Below, in pieces: positions 1 through 13,325 of a stretch of 64,000 nt of DNA. Origin of the DNA: Guillardia theta CCMP2712 (taxonomy: Eukaryota; Protista; Cryptophyta). The notes under the pieces were generated by a model. The model saw nothing but the letters and a program-made list of their open reading frames with translations. It searched no databases and was not told the DNA's origin. Position 1 is the stretch's first letter. Each line of letters opens with the position of its first letter. Made by a program: the position numbers and the translations under genes. The stretch spans positions 812,533 to 876,532 of the forward strand of contig NW_005434668.1 in NCBI RefSeq assembly GCF_000315625.1, read 5' to 3'.

Positions 1-1071
1 TTTTGATGGTATGCCATGATATTTTGATGGTTGCAAACATTTATACGAGCGCAAGAAATGCGTCGAGGAGTTTGCCTTGGGCGACAGATTTATTCAAGTC
101 TTTGAGAAGATCTTTCTTCCTTTCGAACACGTTTCTCGAGGTCAGCAATATTGAGATTCGCAGTGGACCTCTGATAGCGTTGAATTGCCCTAGCATTGTA
201 CGAGCTCGTCAAAGGCGTGCGATCGAAGGAGAAAGGCGGCAAGCATTTCGAAAACTTCCTCAATCAACTTCATGCCCTCCATGTGGAGTCAGAGGAGGCG
301 TATCCTCTTAGGACACAGGTGATGCGATCGGGAAGGTGGGCGGAAGCTCAGTGGCTGCAGGTGGATGTGAGGGAGCACATCAACACATTTGTCGACTACC
401 TGTCTCTGGTTGCTCACTGCATGTATTGCCACTGTGTATGACGAGTATCCCCTGGTCAAGAGCACCAAGTACGAGGAGAGCGTCTCGAGCTACCTCAGGT
501 AAGGAAGTTGGTCAGCTGACATCTCCAATGTTCTGAGGCCTCAGCAGATACGCCGAGATTTCTCGAGTGGTCCAACAAGTCTCCAAGTTGGGAGATGAGC
601 TCAGTGGCAAAGAACTGGGCGATGAGGAGAAAATATTCGAAGAGAACGTCAACAAGGTGACTATGACATGTCTGGTGCTGCTGCTCCCTCAATCCAACAT
701 CAGGTGATTGTACTGATTGACAAACATTATGGAGACTACGTTGAGGACGCGAAGTCTTACACGCGCTTGTTTCATCTTGCCCTCCAGGTCATCCTTCCCT
801 TGTTCAAAGGTCATCGTGACAAGTATTGGCAGAAAATGATAGAGCGATGGTCGCCATCAGAGAGAGAAGACGTGGCTGGTCATCGACCTTGTGCTGTCAT
901 TTCTCCCTTGACAAGTTGACAGCCATCATCCTGCTTGGCTTCGAGCTGTTCTTTGCATCGGCAGCTGAATCCTGTGACGAGGAAGAACTGACGATCATGA
1001 CAAGAGAATATCTCAGCGAGATGGGGCTGGAAGATGAGATGGTGAGGGAAGTTGCTCTCCTCTATTCCTGA
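1..1071 (+). CDS. multi-exon hypothetical protein (5' partial)
   Basis: Chain of + strand ORFs (196-441, 668-919, 826-1071) separated by short GT..AG segments; no recognisable domain. Confidence 0.4.
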
Positions 1072-1496
1072 TGGTCCTGTGACCTCAGATCAACCTTGCA
1101 TGCGGCGACATCGCTTCTTTCTTCGTCGATAGGAGACGAGTTGCTGCTTGAAGTCAATGCCATCAGTTGTTTGTTAGTAAAACTTCATCTGAGCCTGCCG
1201 CTCATCGTCTGCCAATCCGATGCAAAAGTTGAAATGGAAGTGAGAAGGAAATTCATTCGCAAGCGCTCAAGTTCTCTTGTTGTTTCCTCTAATAAAGAAC
1301 ATCAACTACCTGAAAATATAAAAAAACCGAAAAAAATTCATTTGCAACGATTTCCATTCTGTCACTTGTCAATGTTTTTATCTGCGCTGGGGGCGAAAGT
1401 GGGAGAGCAGGTCAGCGAAAGAGATGGAGCGGAGGGAATGAGAGCGAGGAGGGACGCAGGAGAGCGTAGACGAGGAGAAGAGCAGGAGGAAGATGA

Positions 1497-2946
1497 TGTA
1501 TGTTGATGTCCGTGACAGGTGTTGTCCCAGGTGAGTCGTCAGGATGACGGAACTGCGGGTGGACGACCTGGACCCAGGTAGAACAATAGGAGGAAGGAGG
1601 GAGCAGGATGGACGAGGATGAAGGATGAAGGATGATGGAGGATGAAGGATGATGGAGGATGAACGAGGACAGACGATGACAGGTGTGATTGCAGAAGACA
1701 GGATGATCTTCGACAAGTCTCCCTTCATACAGAAGCGCTTAGAGGACTGGCATTTCCGTGAAGTCCTCAACTTCTTCCAGACCAGGTTCTGTACACCATT
1801 GCTAGCCCTTGTGACTTATCCACGTCGTAGCGTCACAAATGACAAGAAGTGCATTCGCACCATTGTGGAGAGAGAAGTGGACGGGAAGCTGCTGTCTAGC
1901 ATGAACGATGAAGAGATGGCTGCAGCTCTGAACATGTCCCTGGTGCATGTCAAGAAATTCAGGATAAAACTGAAGAGAATTCAAGAAGTTTTCAGGTTTC
2001 AAAGTTTGAGCACGATGGTCTCGGCTGAAACTGCCCAGTAAGGACATGGATGAAGAGGAAACAGAGCTCAAGTCATTCTTGAAAGACAACAGCCTCGGTC
2101 GTCCAACCACCAAGTTTCGACATCTCTCCTTATCTTGTTGTTCAGGACATCTCTTTAACAAGTTGACCATCAGCATGAATATAAGTCAGCTTCCCTGCCC
2201 ATTGCTGATGATGGAGGCTGAGGTTTCTGTACAGGATCAGTTGCGAAGTTGAAGGAAGTTGTAGACAACGAAACTTTGGACACCGCTTACCTGCGAATCA
2301 AGTTTGCGGAAGAAGTCAGGCAAGATGTCGCTTCCTGTGTGCCGTTCTTGACGCACGAGGCGTCAGATTGGTGAAGGCCTTGTCAAGCTTGAGCGAAGAG
2401 CATGCAGATGAAGTCTTTATCAACAAAGCCAAATACAAGGTTGCAGGTCAAAATCACTCAAGACATCAAGAGCTTCACAGTAACATCTGTTGTCGTTTAG
2501 TTTCAGGAGCACAAGCCGCTGGCTCGTTCGCCCCGGTACCCTCCTCCCCAGCCCTCCTCTCTTTGTCGTTGACAAGAGCTACAGATGCGAGACTCTGGTC
2601 CCGGTCAAGTTTTCATGTACAAAAGTGCAGATCAACCACGAGAGAAGTCGGGGAGGTTAGCGGAGAGAGGAAGCAGAGGGAGAGGAGCTGACTGGTGCTA
2701 CAGAAATTCAGAGACGCCGAAAGTCCTCAAATCTATCCCAAGCAGGAGAGTGTAAAAATGAAGAAACTTCTTTATCAATGTTCGCAGACCGAGAAATCCC
2801 TTCAGCGATCTACTCTGCTTCACTTTGCACTGAAAGTTTCTCTATTGAGCCTGTTAGTTGTGCAATAGGCTGAAAGATGCCGAGAGAAGCGCAGGACAGT
2901 CAGTAAGGAGAACGAGAATCTCACAGCACGCATCAAACCTCTGTAG
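1497..2946 (+). CDS. SAM-domain-containing protein, multi-exon
   Basis: ORF 1649-2041 contains LEDWHFREVLNFF...EREVDGKLLSSMNDEEMAAALNMSLVHVKKFRIKLKRI, a typical SAM pattern (W..V, vDG..L, H..K). Boundaries approximate. Confidence 0.6.
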
Positions 2947-2949
2947 AGT

Positions 2950-4167
2950 TATTGGTCACGCTCCCCAGCAACTGCAACACACGATCTTCACATCTCGGCG
3001 ACCGGTTGAAGGGAGCAAACTACCTCCATGACTGCGACGTGTCCTGCATTCTTAGCAAGCTGCAAGGGAGTACGGTCATCAATATCTCTCAGGTTGGTAT
3101 CGGCGCCCGCGTCTGAAGACTGTCATGCCATCACTGAGGGTTTATGAGGGCTTACTGAGTAATACTCTTGCACACTCCAAATGCCTGTGGGTACGAAGTG
3201 AGAGTCGACCTGATCCGCTAGTCCCTCCATCACCCTTGATCAGCAGCATAGTGGAGAGGAGTTCTACCGTGCCTAGTCACCTGCGAGATGTTCCCTCCTC
3301 TCTCAATCAGCGCTGGGCACAACATCAGGTTGCAGCTTCAGAGGAGCAGCATTGTCAACTTTGAACGGTGTCTGTCTTGCCCATCAAGCTCGCCCAGTGC
3401 AATGCAGCATAAAGACCAAACTCATCTGCCTTGTTCACCTGGCACGTGGAAGGGTGGGATGTCAGCACAGCCCACAGACCGCCTCTCGAGTTCCACCTGT
3501 GCTCCCTGCTGTTCAATCAATTCAATCACTTCCCATGTTCGCCCACGGCATGCGCTCTCGCGCATTCTTGTCGAGGGGTCCATCATGGCAGCTGTTGGTA
3601 CCACAGGAAACGGAGGATGATGCTTTGGGCCTGCGTCTTCCCGTCAGCGCTGATGCTGCTGCTCCTCACAAGCTACCCAAGTCCGAAGTTAAGTTCTCAG
3701 GATCCATGAAGTGCTTTGGGATGATAAGCTTCCACTTGGGGTTGCTTTCAGTGTACTCTGCTTCCTCGTCCTCTTCGTAGTACGTATCGATCTGGTCCCA
3801 CTCGTGAGTTGTACCCTCCTCTCCAGCCATCCCATATCACCTCCGCCAGAGTCTGGTTGAGAGTGACAAGGTCCTCATCGATTTGCTTTTCCTGCATCGA
3901 GATGTACTTCCTATCCTGTACAGTTTCCTCCCACGCTTTCTTCATCAGCTGTTCTGACCCTCCCCGAAGAGACAGGCGGGTGGAAGGGACTGAGAACGTA
4001 GGAGGAAGTTGGGACGAAGACGAAGAGGAGGGCTGAGGGAGAGGGAAGACACGCTGAGGAGGGCAGGAGCCGGAGGGAGAGATCAGAGAAGAGAGGAGAG
4101 GGAGGAGGAGAAGAACTAGCTGTGCAGGCCTCATCAGCCGCGCGGTTTGCTGCATGCGCCCGGACAT
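2950..4167 (-). CDS. ankyrin-repeat protein with signal peptide and LSLRGG leader, multi-exon
   Basis: Hydrophobic N-terminus LVLLLLPLLSSLIS, then LSLRGG (3958-3975). Downstream exons read ALHWASLMGKTDTV and GRTPLHYAADQG (ankyrin consensus). 3' end approximate. Confidence 0.65.
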
Positions 4168-4293
4168 GGGCAGGGAGTGCTTCACGGGGATGCCAGGGGG
4201 TGGGGTACTCAAAATTTAAAAAGGAGGGGTAGTTTTGCGAACAATGCAGGAGGATGGGAGAGCAGGAGGGCGGGCCACAGGAGGAGGGGCATC

Positions 4294-4373
4294 GGGAGGA
4301 GGAGGAGGAGGAGGAGGAGGAGGAGGAGGAGGAAGAGGAGGAGGAGGAGGATGAGGAGGAGGAGGAGGAGGAG
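4294..4373. repeat. (GGA)n microsatellite
   Basis: Read directly. Confidence 0.95.
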
Positions 4374-4567
4374 CAGTCGGCAGCATCTGCACTTCCTGTG
4401 CATTATGATGAACCACTCCATCTCGATGCCCAGGAAGTGCTCTGCACGAGATCTATCCACTGCTGGCCATGCATAGTTTGTTTAGGAACTAGCACAAGGA
4501 GGACGACTCCGACTTCTACGATTAGTTGTGGCTTTGCGTCGGATATGTTCATACATAACATGCATAC

Positions 4568-4667
4568 NNNNNNNNNNNNNNNNNNNNNNNNNNNNNNNNN
4601 NNNNNNNNNNNNNNNNNNNNNNNNNNNNNNNNNNNNNNNNNNNNNNNNNNNNNNNNNNNNNNNNNNN
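4568..4667. other. assembly gap (100 N)
   Basis: Run of N next to a long microsatellite. Confidence 1.
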
Positions 4668-5059
<392 letters not shown>

Positions 5060-5060
<1 letters not shown>

Positions 5061-8000
5061 GACCTGTACGAGGAGAGCTCGTTCTTCTCGGCTTCCAGCA
5101 TTCTTTCGAGGCCCGCAACCTTCCACTGAAGTTCTTCGACTGAGAGTGCTGGGGAAGAAGATGAGAACGAGAGAGAGGAGAGGGGAAGAGAGGAGAAGAG
5201 AGGGTAGGGTAGGGGAGGAGAGGAGCGGAGAGGAGAGAAGAGGAGAGGAGAGGAGAGGAGAGGAGAGGAGAGGAGAGGAGAGGGAGTTTGTCAGGGAAGG
5301 GCAGGAGAGGAGAGGAGAAGGGAGGAGGAGGTGGAAGGCACTGACGGGTGTTGGGGATTTCCAATCGTCTTGTGGCATCTCTCGTGTTTTCAAGAAGCAG
5401 CGCCGTCTCTCTTCATAGGATGTCATGGGAACAGAAACAGAGAGGAGAAAGAAATTGCAATGTTAACAAACAGTGAGAGCATGCAATGAAGCGAATTTGA
5501 TGGCAGATGTGATGAGACTACGAGTAAGCAGGAGAAGGATGTATCAAAACATACTGTTAGAAACAAGATCGTGACAGTTCAAAGGATGAAGGAAAACACT
5601 GGTGAGCAAGTGAAGATTAATAATGAGATTAATTCCATAGGCTACATCAATACACCCAGGGCAACATGGACAAGAGAAATACCTTGAGTCGACTAAACCA
5701 ACTTGATTCTTGTCCACAAACGACCACAAGATTTTTATCCTCCTCCTCCCCAAGTCGATACGGCCTGCCCCTCCAACGCCAAGGGCCCTAGCAAACATTT
5801 CCTCTGACATATTGCCGTGCTCGTCAACCTCCTGAAAGACTGAGCAAGACATGTCAGAGTGTTGTAGCGTCAACGTCGTGATTGCAAAACCTCTCAATAA
5901 TGAGATGTCTAGACTTGTTACTCTCTTCTGCAAGATGCGGATCACATCTTGAACGCTGGGGAAGTATCAGATGACTTTTCCTTCCATTCACACCTCACAA
6001 ACCTTTCTTTCTCATTCGGAAACACACATTTCGACAAAGATTCAACCAACAACTTCTGTTTTGCAAACACCTCCCACACATCTTCCTCATCTTGTCTTGT
6101 CCTCTCCTCTCCAGATGCTGCAAATATCTTCTATGTCAGTCCTTTGCACTCTCTTCGTCCTTCACCTCACTTGTACCGACCAACATGCACCAGAGGAGGC
6201 GGATTTTGTAAAGATTGACATCAAGCAGGAGAGGAGGATCATTCAAACACTGCAGAACATGTCATGATAATGATTGCTGAGCTTTCGCAACCTTGAAGAA
6301 CTCCTCCATGCCAATGGTGTCAGACTTGCGATCGAGATATCTGATGACGATACACATTCAGCGATGTTGAGTGTAGAGATGATCACAATTGTGAAGTTCA
6401 AAACAAAGAAGAAAGGTTCTCTCGTTGAGGATGCAGACATTATGACAATGAAATTCTTGTTATACCTCTCTACAATCTCAGAGAAGTGTTGATCTCCCTG
6501 CAACAATCGTCAGAGTCTTGCAGATCAAACATTGCACAACACTTTCACAAGCGAGTCACAAACATGCAAATCCATCTACATTCATCACCTTCCGCAATGT
6601 CCACTGAATACTCTCCACCAACTTTGAGATCTCAGCTGGACTCCACCACAGTTCTTTGACATCTAGACATCTCAACACGTTTTGAGGGTGTAAAACTTTG
6701 TCTCTGTTCTCAGATGCGTTTTGTGAGTCTTGAACTTCAGAATCTTCGACCTTGTCGTTGGACATGTGAGAGAGGTCTGCGTCGTTGGAAGGAGAAGGAG
6801 CTAGTTGATCGATCTGCGTGCTCAACGATGCGTTGATTGACGCGAGCTGTTCATTGCAAGCTTGCAGCTCGTATATGATGTTCTGTGGGAAGACACGGCT
6901 CAACAGAAACGAAACGAGTTGACTGCAATCATTCACCTTGAACTCAACCTCTATGGAAAGCATGGACTTGGATCCAACGGACTAAAACATGATTCATTAC
7001 CATAGAATATCATTGCGTTTTGATTCTTTCAATGTCAGCTGAAGCAGATTGCTTGAAATACTTACTTTTTTCCGGGTTGTAGTGAAAGATTCACTCTCTT
7101 CGTTGAGGTTTGCTCCCTGTTGCATTCAAGTCATTTCATGATAGGATGAGAAGATGGATCAACCTCGTTGGACAACCTCCTCTCCCGACCCTGTCATTTC
7201 TTGTTCAAACTTTGCAGAAACAACGGCACATCTCGATCATCGGAATAAAACAAACAAAAAGTGCGGGCAATGAATTTGATTGAGAAGCGGAGGTGATTAA
7301 CAAACGAATGAGTCGACAAGATTCAAACACGAGCACAATCTTCACAGATTCATAGCAGGAAATTCACATCTCTCATCAAAAAGCTTACATGCTCTGAATC
7401 TTTACTCTTTGAACCATCATGCCTCATGTCTTCAACCTCAAATGACGTGGCTTCAGATCTGCTCGCGTCTTCTGTTTCCTTTCCACCATCAACAACAACC
7501 CCAGCACCGACTTTAATTCCTTCTGAATGTACACCCTCTCCCCCTCCCTCTCCCCCTCCATCTCCCCCTCCCCCTCCTCCCTCTTCTGGTACCCCATTCC
7601 CAGCGCCCTCAGCCTGTGCCAAGGTTCCTCCTCTTGTTCCTCCTCTCTCCCTTTCTCCGTCTAAGGATGCTGTTGTTCCTTCATCAAGTTCCTCGAGTTC
7701 TTCTCCCCCCTCCTCCGCTGCTCCTGCTCCTGCTGCCGATGTTCCACTAGGGATGGCAGCTTCGTTCTCTTCCCCGCGCACCTGATCCGATGAAAACTCA
7801 GTTTTTGCAATGATGTACTGCTCCTACTCATCCATAGCAAACATGTCAACACATATCCAACAACGTGTACACACACATCATACCCACACGCATCGCAAAC
7901 CATGATAGGAATCCTTTGGAATTTCACAGCGGGCCACAAACAACAAGAAAAGCGAGTAAAGAGAGCAACATAACAATCGTGCACCCGAAACCATCATATC

Positions 8001-8383
8001 CCACGTGTACAGCATGACAAACACACTCACATCTCTTGTCGCTGTGACATCCTCCCCCGGCAAAGACCTGTTGCGATGGCCCATGTTGTTCAGAGCGCAT
8101 CATCTTCGAGTGTGAACTAAGGCATTACATCCCTGTATCCTGCCTCCTTGCTTCCTCCCCGGCATCCTGACCAGCGGCGGCTCCCTCCTGCATCTTCACC
8201 CATCACATCCTCTCATCTCGTCCTCCTCCAATGTTGAACCTGCTCGTCATGTGCTCGGCTCGCACCTCCACCATCACCAGCGGTTGCTGACGCCTTGCCG
8301 TCGTGCCGTTCAGATCCTTCAGGACAACAAGAGATCCATCTACCTGCTGCATACGAGACTTCCTGCTCTGCCCCGACCCCATC
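5060..8383 (-). CDS. large multi-exon hypothetical protein, possible N-myristoylated start
   Basis: Minus-strand exon ORFs (5544-5945, 6243-6506, 6556-6963, 7350-7781, 7878-8084); likely start MGSGQS. Could be more than one gene. Confidence 0.4.
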
Positions 8384-8669
8384 CTTGTCAAGGCCTTGTC
8401 ATAAATTAGTAGGAATCCTATTGAGACTGTCCTAACACATTCATGGATCTGGGTAGAATGTCTATGTATTCCATGCTTCTTCATCCTACTTTTTCTTGAT
8501 CTGTCTCCCTCCTATCTGCCTGCTTGCCTTTCCTGATCTCTTCTGCCGTTCCCCCATCTTCCCCCCTCTCTCCCCTCCCTTATGCTTCCTCTCCGTGTTC
8601 CCTTTCCTGGCCATGCGTTTCGGTCTCTTTGGAGAGCACAAGGTCCTCTGAGGCAGGTTTCTTCCCTTT

Positions 8670-8797
8670 ACTCAAAGTTAAGTTAAAGATCAGTACGAGG
8701 AAACTGAGTACGGTAGAAGGCGAGTCTCCCGGCGAGTAGTGATTGTCGGGCCGCGCGGTCCTCGTACTAATCTTGAACTCCCGGCTTAACTTTGAGT
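8670..8797. repeat. imperfect inverted repeat, MITE-like (~128 bp)
   Basis: ACTCAAAGTTAAG 8670-8682 pairs with CTTAACTTTGAGT 8785-8797; AAGATCAGTACGAGGA pairs with TCCTCGTACTAATCTT (1 mismatch). Confidence 0.7.
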
Positions 8798-9889
8798 CAC
8801 ACTGTTAGTAAAGGAACTTTCAAGTTTCTTGAAGTATCACCCCTGAAGTCATGGACATGGGAGAACAAGGGGTCTCAGTGATCAAAAGCAGAGGACTCCG
8901 CACTGCACTGCGGCACGAGACCACAGTGACCTCCAAGCATGACTCTAGAGGAGACACTGGGAGGACCTGTCAAGGTCAAGGGAGCAGCTATATCAACTTC
9001 ACAGAGAGCGTTGGATGGGAATCGAAGACCTCATGACGAGGTCATGTGGTGGGAATCGAAGACCTCGTCATGAGGTCTCATAAACTCCGAGGCGGACTCG
9101 CCTTTTACCGAGGCTTGGCCAAAATTGAAGTTCGGCGGGCTGTAGCGGCCAGGCATGTGACCCCATGCTGCCCGATCCGAAGCCCACTGGGCCAACTAAC
9201 TGTTCCCGCCAAAGGCCTTTCTTCCCATCAGCCATCGCCAGCACTGATTGAGCTTTGAGTAAAGATTGATACGCTGCCATCACTGATCGCGGGTGCATCG
9301 AGTAAAGTGCATCCCGGTATGCGTCTCATTCCTTCGGCGGCGGCCACAGCGACATCGCTGGCCCTGGCCGCGGGGGGGACTTGTCCTGCGCGCAGTTAAG
9401 TGAAGGTATCAGTTAAGTTTGGGGGACAGCAGTTGGCAGGATTAGGTTTGGTTCTCGCTGTCTTTTCTCTTCTCGCCGTTTGCGACAGTGTCAGGGTCAA
9501 TTTCCTGAACCCTGTTGGAATAATACTACTAGGTTTTTTACTCGATGCTGGAATTTCATGAGGGTGATGAAACGGAATGTGAGGGTGATGATGAGGGGTA
9601 TGAGGACGATGATGCTTGTGATGGAGGGCGATGAGATTGTAAATTCCAACGTAATCATTGGGGTAGGTACAGACTTCACGCAGGGTGGAAAACTCATTTG
9701 TAGTATGGTATACAGATATGACCAAAATCGTATGCTGCTAGGCCTATCTGATATGAAGGATTCAAAAGGTGGAATCAAGTATTACTTATTCCTTATTAAC
9801 AGTACAGCTACCTCTCCGCCTCAGGATAAATCTCTAATCATCCTGGCTATTTCCGGTAAGCTCTTCGGTACCAAGGTGGGGCCGCAACA

Positions 9890-12315
9890 ATGGATCGGGG
9901 GCCTGCGCAATCATTGTGCTTATTTGCTGAGGGATGCAAGGTACTTCCTGAGCACCTTGGAGTGTGTCCTCTAGAAGAGTGTAGTCAGTGTAAACGTGCT
10001 TTCCATGCAATCTGTGTGGGTAGCACGGAGGACTTTGAGCAGACAGGAAGGTGTGGACAATCGCAGTGTTCCATCATCACCAATGCTGCGCGCAGTGCCG
10101 CTGCCGCTATGGCAAGCCAGGAAGTCCGAGTTGCAGTCCCGGCAATCGCAGTCTCGGTAGCCAGTGACTCGTCTCCCGGACTGTCTCAGCGGTCAGCACT
10201 GTCACAGCCGCGGCGTCGGCGTCCCACGCTAGAAATGCTGCAACTGTCGATCTCAGAAATAGAACAATTACGTCGAGACACTGAAGATATTTTGAACAAC
10301 AATCTGGCTGACAGCACACGTACAATGTATCGTCAGCACATGACTAGGTTTCTTGAATGGTTCTTTGCAAACCAGCGAACATATGGTCTGATTACCCCAG
10401 CCTTTCTGCAAGACTTGGAGGCGGCAGAGGGCCGAAAAACACCCAATGGCTTACCGACAGCCCATTACTTAGAACATATTCTGTCCCAGAAGGATATTAT
10501 TCCCATCGACTTCGTAAGATTCAAAGCAGAGCATTTCATGCACTGGATCTCATTTCTGTTGAGAGAAAAACCAGATCTTGCCTTCTCGACATGTAGTTCG
10601 TACCGATCATCGTTAATGTACATCGTGCATCTTTACGATGTACCTGTTAAGCTCTTGAGAATAACGGTTTGCACGTCGGAGACTTAGGTGAATAGGGCTC
10701 ATTACACCGTAGTCATTCACAACTTGATTTGATGCTCCATACAGGCACACATAGTATCAGAAAAGGATCAGCGACATATACTTCGTCAGGAACTACCAGC
10801 GGACCAAGCATAAGTGCGATTTCTCTGCGAGCTGGTTGGAAAATGGGTACGATACATGACACGTATCTCAGATACGAGGCCGCTGGAGACCAGCAAGTAA
10901 GTTGAAAATACTGCGGCCAATATTTGACTTCAATTGAACCCCCACTAGGTAGGAAGAACATGTTGTGGGTTACCCACAGACAAACCTGAATTCGCGGCTC
11001 TACCGCCTATGTTCTGGTGTGAGACCAGTGAAACACGGCGAGAGATTAATGAGATCATGGACCAATTATATCCATGCATTCAGGGAAATGCACGGCTTAG
11101 GAGGCTTGTTGAACAATCTCTGGCGTCTGTCATCTACCACGAAAAATTTCTTCGTGATACAATGCCCATGAACCATCCTCTGTTTCAAACGGAATTGTTT
11201 ATTCACGAGGGATTCATAGATACGTTGAAGAAATTCGTTACAACTGAGGCGCACGGAAGAGTTGCGACGGGGATAACATCGCATACATGCCTGTTGAAAG
11301 AAATGGGAGAAATCAAAAGCGAAGTGGGAGAAATCAAAGGCGAAATGGCTGAAATGAAAGGCATGATTCGGAAACAGGAAGAACAGTCAAGAATGCCATG
11401 CCAGCGTTGTCACGACGTCGGGGGTGACGGCGATGGCACCGTCACATCAGTGACCGGCGGTTCTACCACTAGCGTTCAGCAAGGAGAGAGGGTGCCGGGC
11501 CGAAGTCACAGTGTGTATGACATGTGGGTCAGTGTAAGTGACAAACTGGATACCATCATTACCAGAACCGAGGACCGTGGGGTGCGCAGGCTGGTAAATC
11601 GTGATGAGGAGAACGATGGATTGGGTTCATCACAGGGACAGGATGTAAGTAATGCACGTCGTTCACGGAATGCGACCAGGAAGCCGCAGAAAGGTACATT
11701 CCCTTGGGCACAGATGACCACGAGATGCGCCTACATGTTGTATCACTTCGGACATGCGGAAACTCGAAAAGGTCCTTTCAAGCGCCTTAGAGGGATTGAC
11801 TTTCCCACCAAATATGACGGAAAGAGGCATTCTGATATGAAATATCTGTCGAAACGCATCAAGGAAGAGGCTGAAGCTCTTGACATCTACAAGGCTGATC
11901 CCAATCGCATTGAGGCAGGTTTCATGTTTGATCAATGCGAAAATTATCTTTTCGAGGAATATGAGAAGGTGACTAAGACAGAGACGAATGGTGACATGTC
12001 AAGATTTTCGCAGCTGTGTTGGATGACAGTAGTACGTGTGCTGAGAGGCAACAAGAAACGCCGGAAGGCTGTGAGATCCGAGACCTAAGTTAATGAATGT
12101 GATAAGAGTGAATCACATTGTCACGTGTTTGAACTTTGGAAACAAGTTCGATGGCCATCAGCCTGAAACGCAGGAAGGCTGTGAGATCCGAGACCTAAGT
12201 TAACTGATGAATGTAATAAGAGTGAATCACATTGTCACGTGTTTGAAACAAGTTCGAGGGCCACAGGAAGGCTGATCCCAATCTACAAGGCTGATCCCAA
12301 TCGCATTGAGGCAGG
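9890..12315 (+). mobile_element. Crypton-like tyrosine recombinase transposon, internally deleted
   Basis: Exon 10745-10896 reads GTHSIRKGSATYTSSGTTSGPSISAISLRAGWKMGTIHDTYLRYEAAGDQQ (HxxR, W, catalytic Y). Intron 10897-10948 joins in frame to VGRTCCGLPTDKPEFAALPPMF and ORF 11009-12088, whose C-terminus resembles the GCR1_C-like DNA-binding domain. ORF 9890-10687 has a Cys/His finger and an integrase N-terminal-like helix (STRTMYRQHMTRFLEWF). True element ends not resolved. Confidence 0.8.
12063..12263. repeat. ~95 bp tandem duplication spanning the recombinase ORF stop codon
   Basis: 12063-12157 vs 12173-12263 (GGAAGGCTGTGAGATCCGAGACCTAAGTTAA...TCACGTGTTTGAA). Confidence 0.9.
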
Positions 12316-12941
12316 CACCGTCGGCCACTCCCTGCAAGTACATTCAGTTTGATATAACCAAGTTGCAATATGCTTGATTTCATGACCTCCGTTCCAGCCA
12401 CCCACTCTCTATCTCTCCCTGCCATCTCGCTTTCCCAGTCCCTTCATCCGTCCCTTCTTCCCTCACTCACTTGCGCACTCTATCCATGCATTTGTCTCTC
12501 TACGACTTCCCTTCATCACTTATGATACATGCCTTCTCAGGAAGAATGCTGTACATTTCGATCTTAAGCAATGTCTAATAAGGTGCCAAATGATTAACAT
12601 ACTCATAATTATCAAATATGCAAGCATATTTCTTGACTGTTTAGTCCATATACTTGAGAAAGCGAGCATCAACCTGTCACATCCCGCCATCGCGCTACAC
12701 TTAGAAAAATTCTCAAATAGGAAACTTGAGTAAAGCTTTAGTCAAAAAAGGGTATAGATAAATTCCACTAGGGTGCGCCTATAGATAATTCAGTTCTGAC
12801 GACTGGTTCGAAAGTCACGGTCCCTCGAATCGACGCGGTCTGTTGAATCGTTTGTATCCCCTGCGAATCGATGTGGTTTGGCTTGCAACCCCCTCAGAGA
12901 GAGAAAAGGCTCGGAACAGTCGCCGCGCTCGCGTGCAGTCG

Positions 12942-13325
12942 ATGGCCAACGACAAAGTCATCGTGAACCCTAGACCTCGCGGAAAGCTCACCCGTTTCTG
13001 TCCTCCAGACCCAGTCGTCCTTGACGAGGCGAGTGTCAAATCGCTGTTTTATCTCCCGCAGCCTGAAGCTGCTCATCGAATCGGTATCTCTCTCTCTTCG
13101 CTCAAGGTAGCCTGCCGCCGCTTGAGGATAAAGCGATGGCCTTACACAACCAAGAGAGAGGCATTCTCAAATAGTTTTAAAGCTCAAGAACCTACAGCAC
13201 CTGAGAGCTGGAGCTCAGGTTGGATGGGCGATCGATTGATGGACCTCCTTGATGAGAGCCTGAGGCATGTATCAGGAACCATGCATGAGAATAAGGAGAA
13301 CAAGAAAGTCGAAGATTGCAAGTGA
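12942..13325 (+). CDS. RWP-RK domain transcription factor
   Basis: LFYLPQPEAAHRIGISLSSLKVACRRLRIKRWPY matches the RWP-RK consensus; ATG at 12942. Confidence 0.9.
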   Translation: MANDKVIVNPRPRGKLTRFCPPDPVVLDEASVKSLFYLPQPEAAHRIGISLSSLKVACRRLRIKRWPYTTKREAFSNSFKAQEPTAPESWSSGWMGDRLMDLLDESLRHVSGTMHENKENKKVEDCK

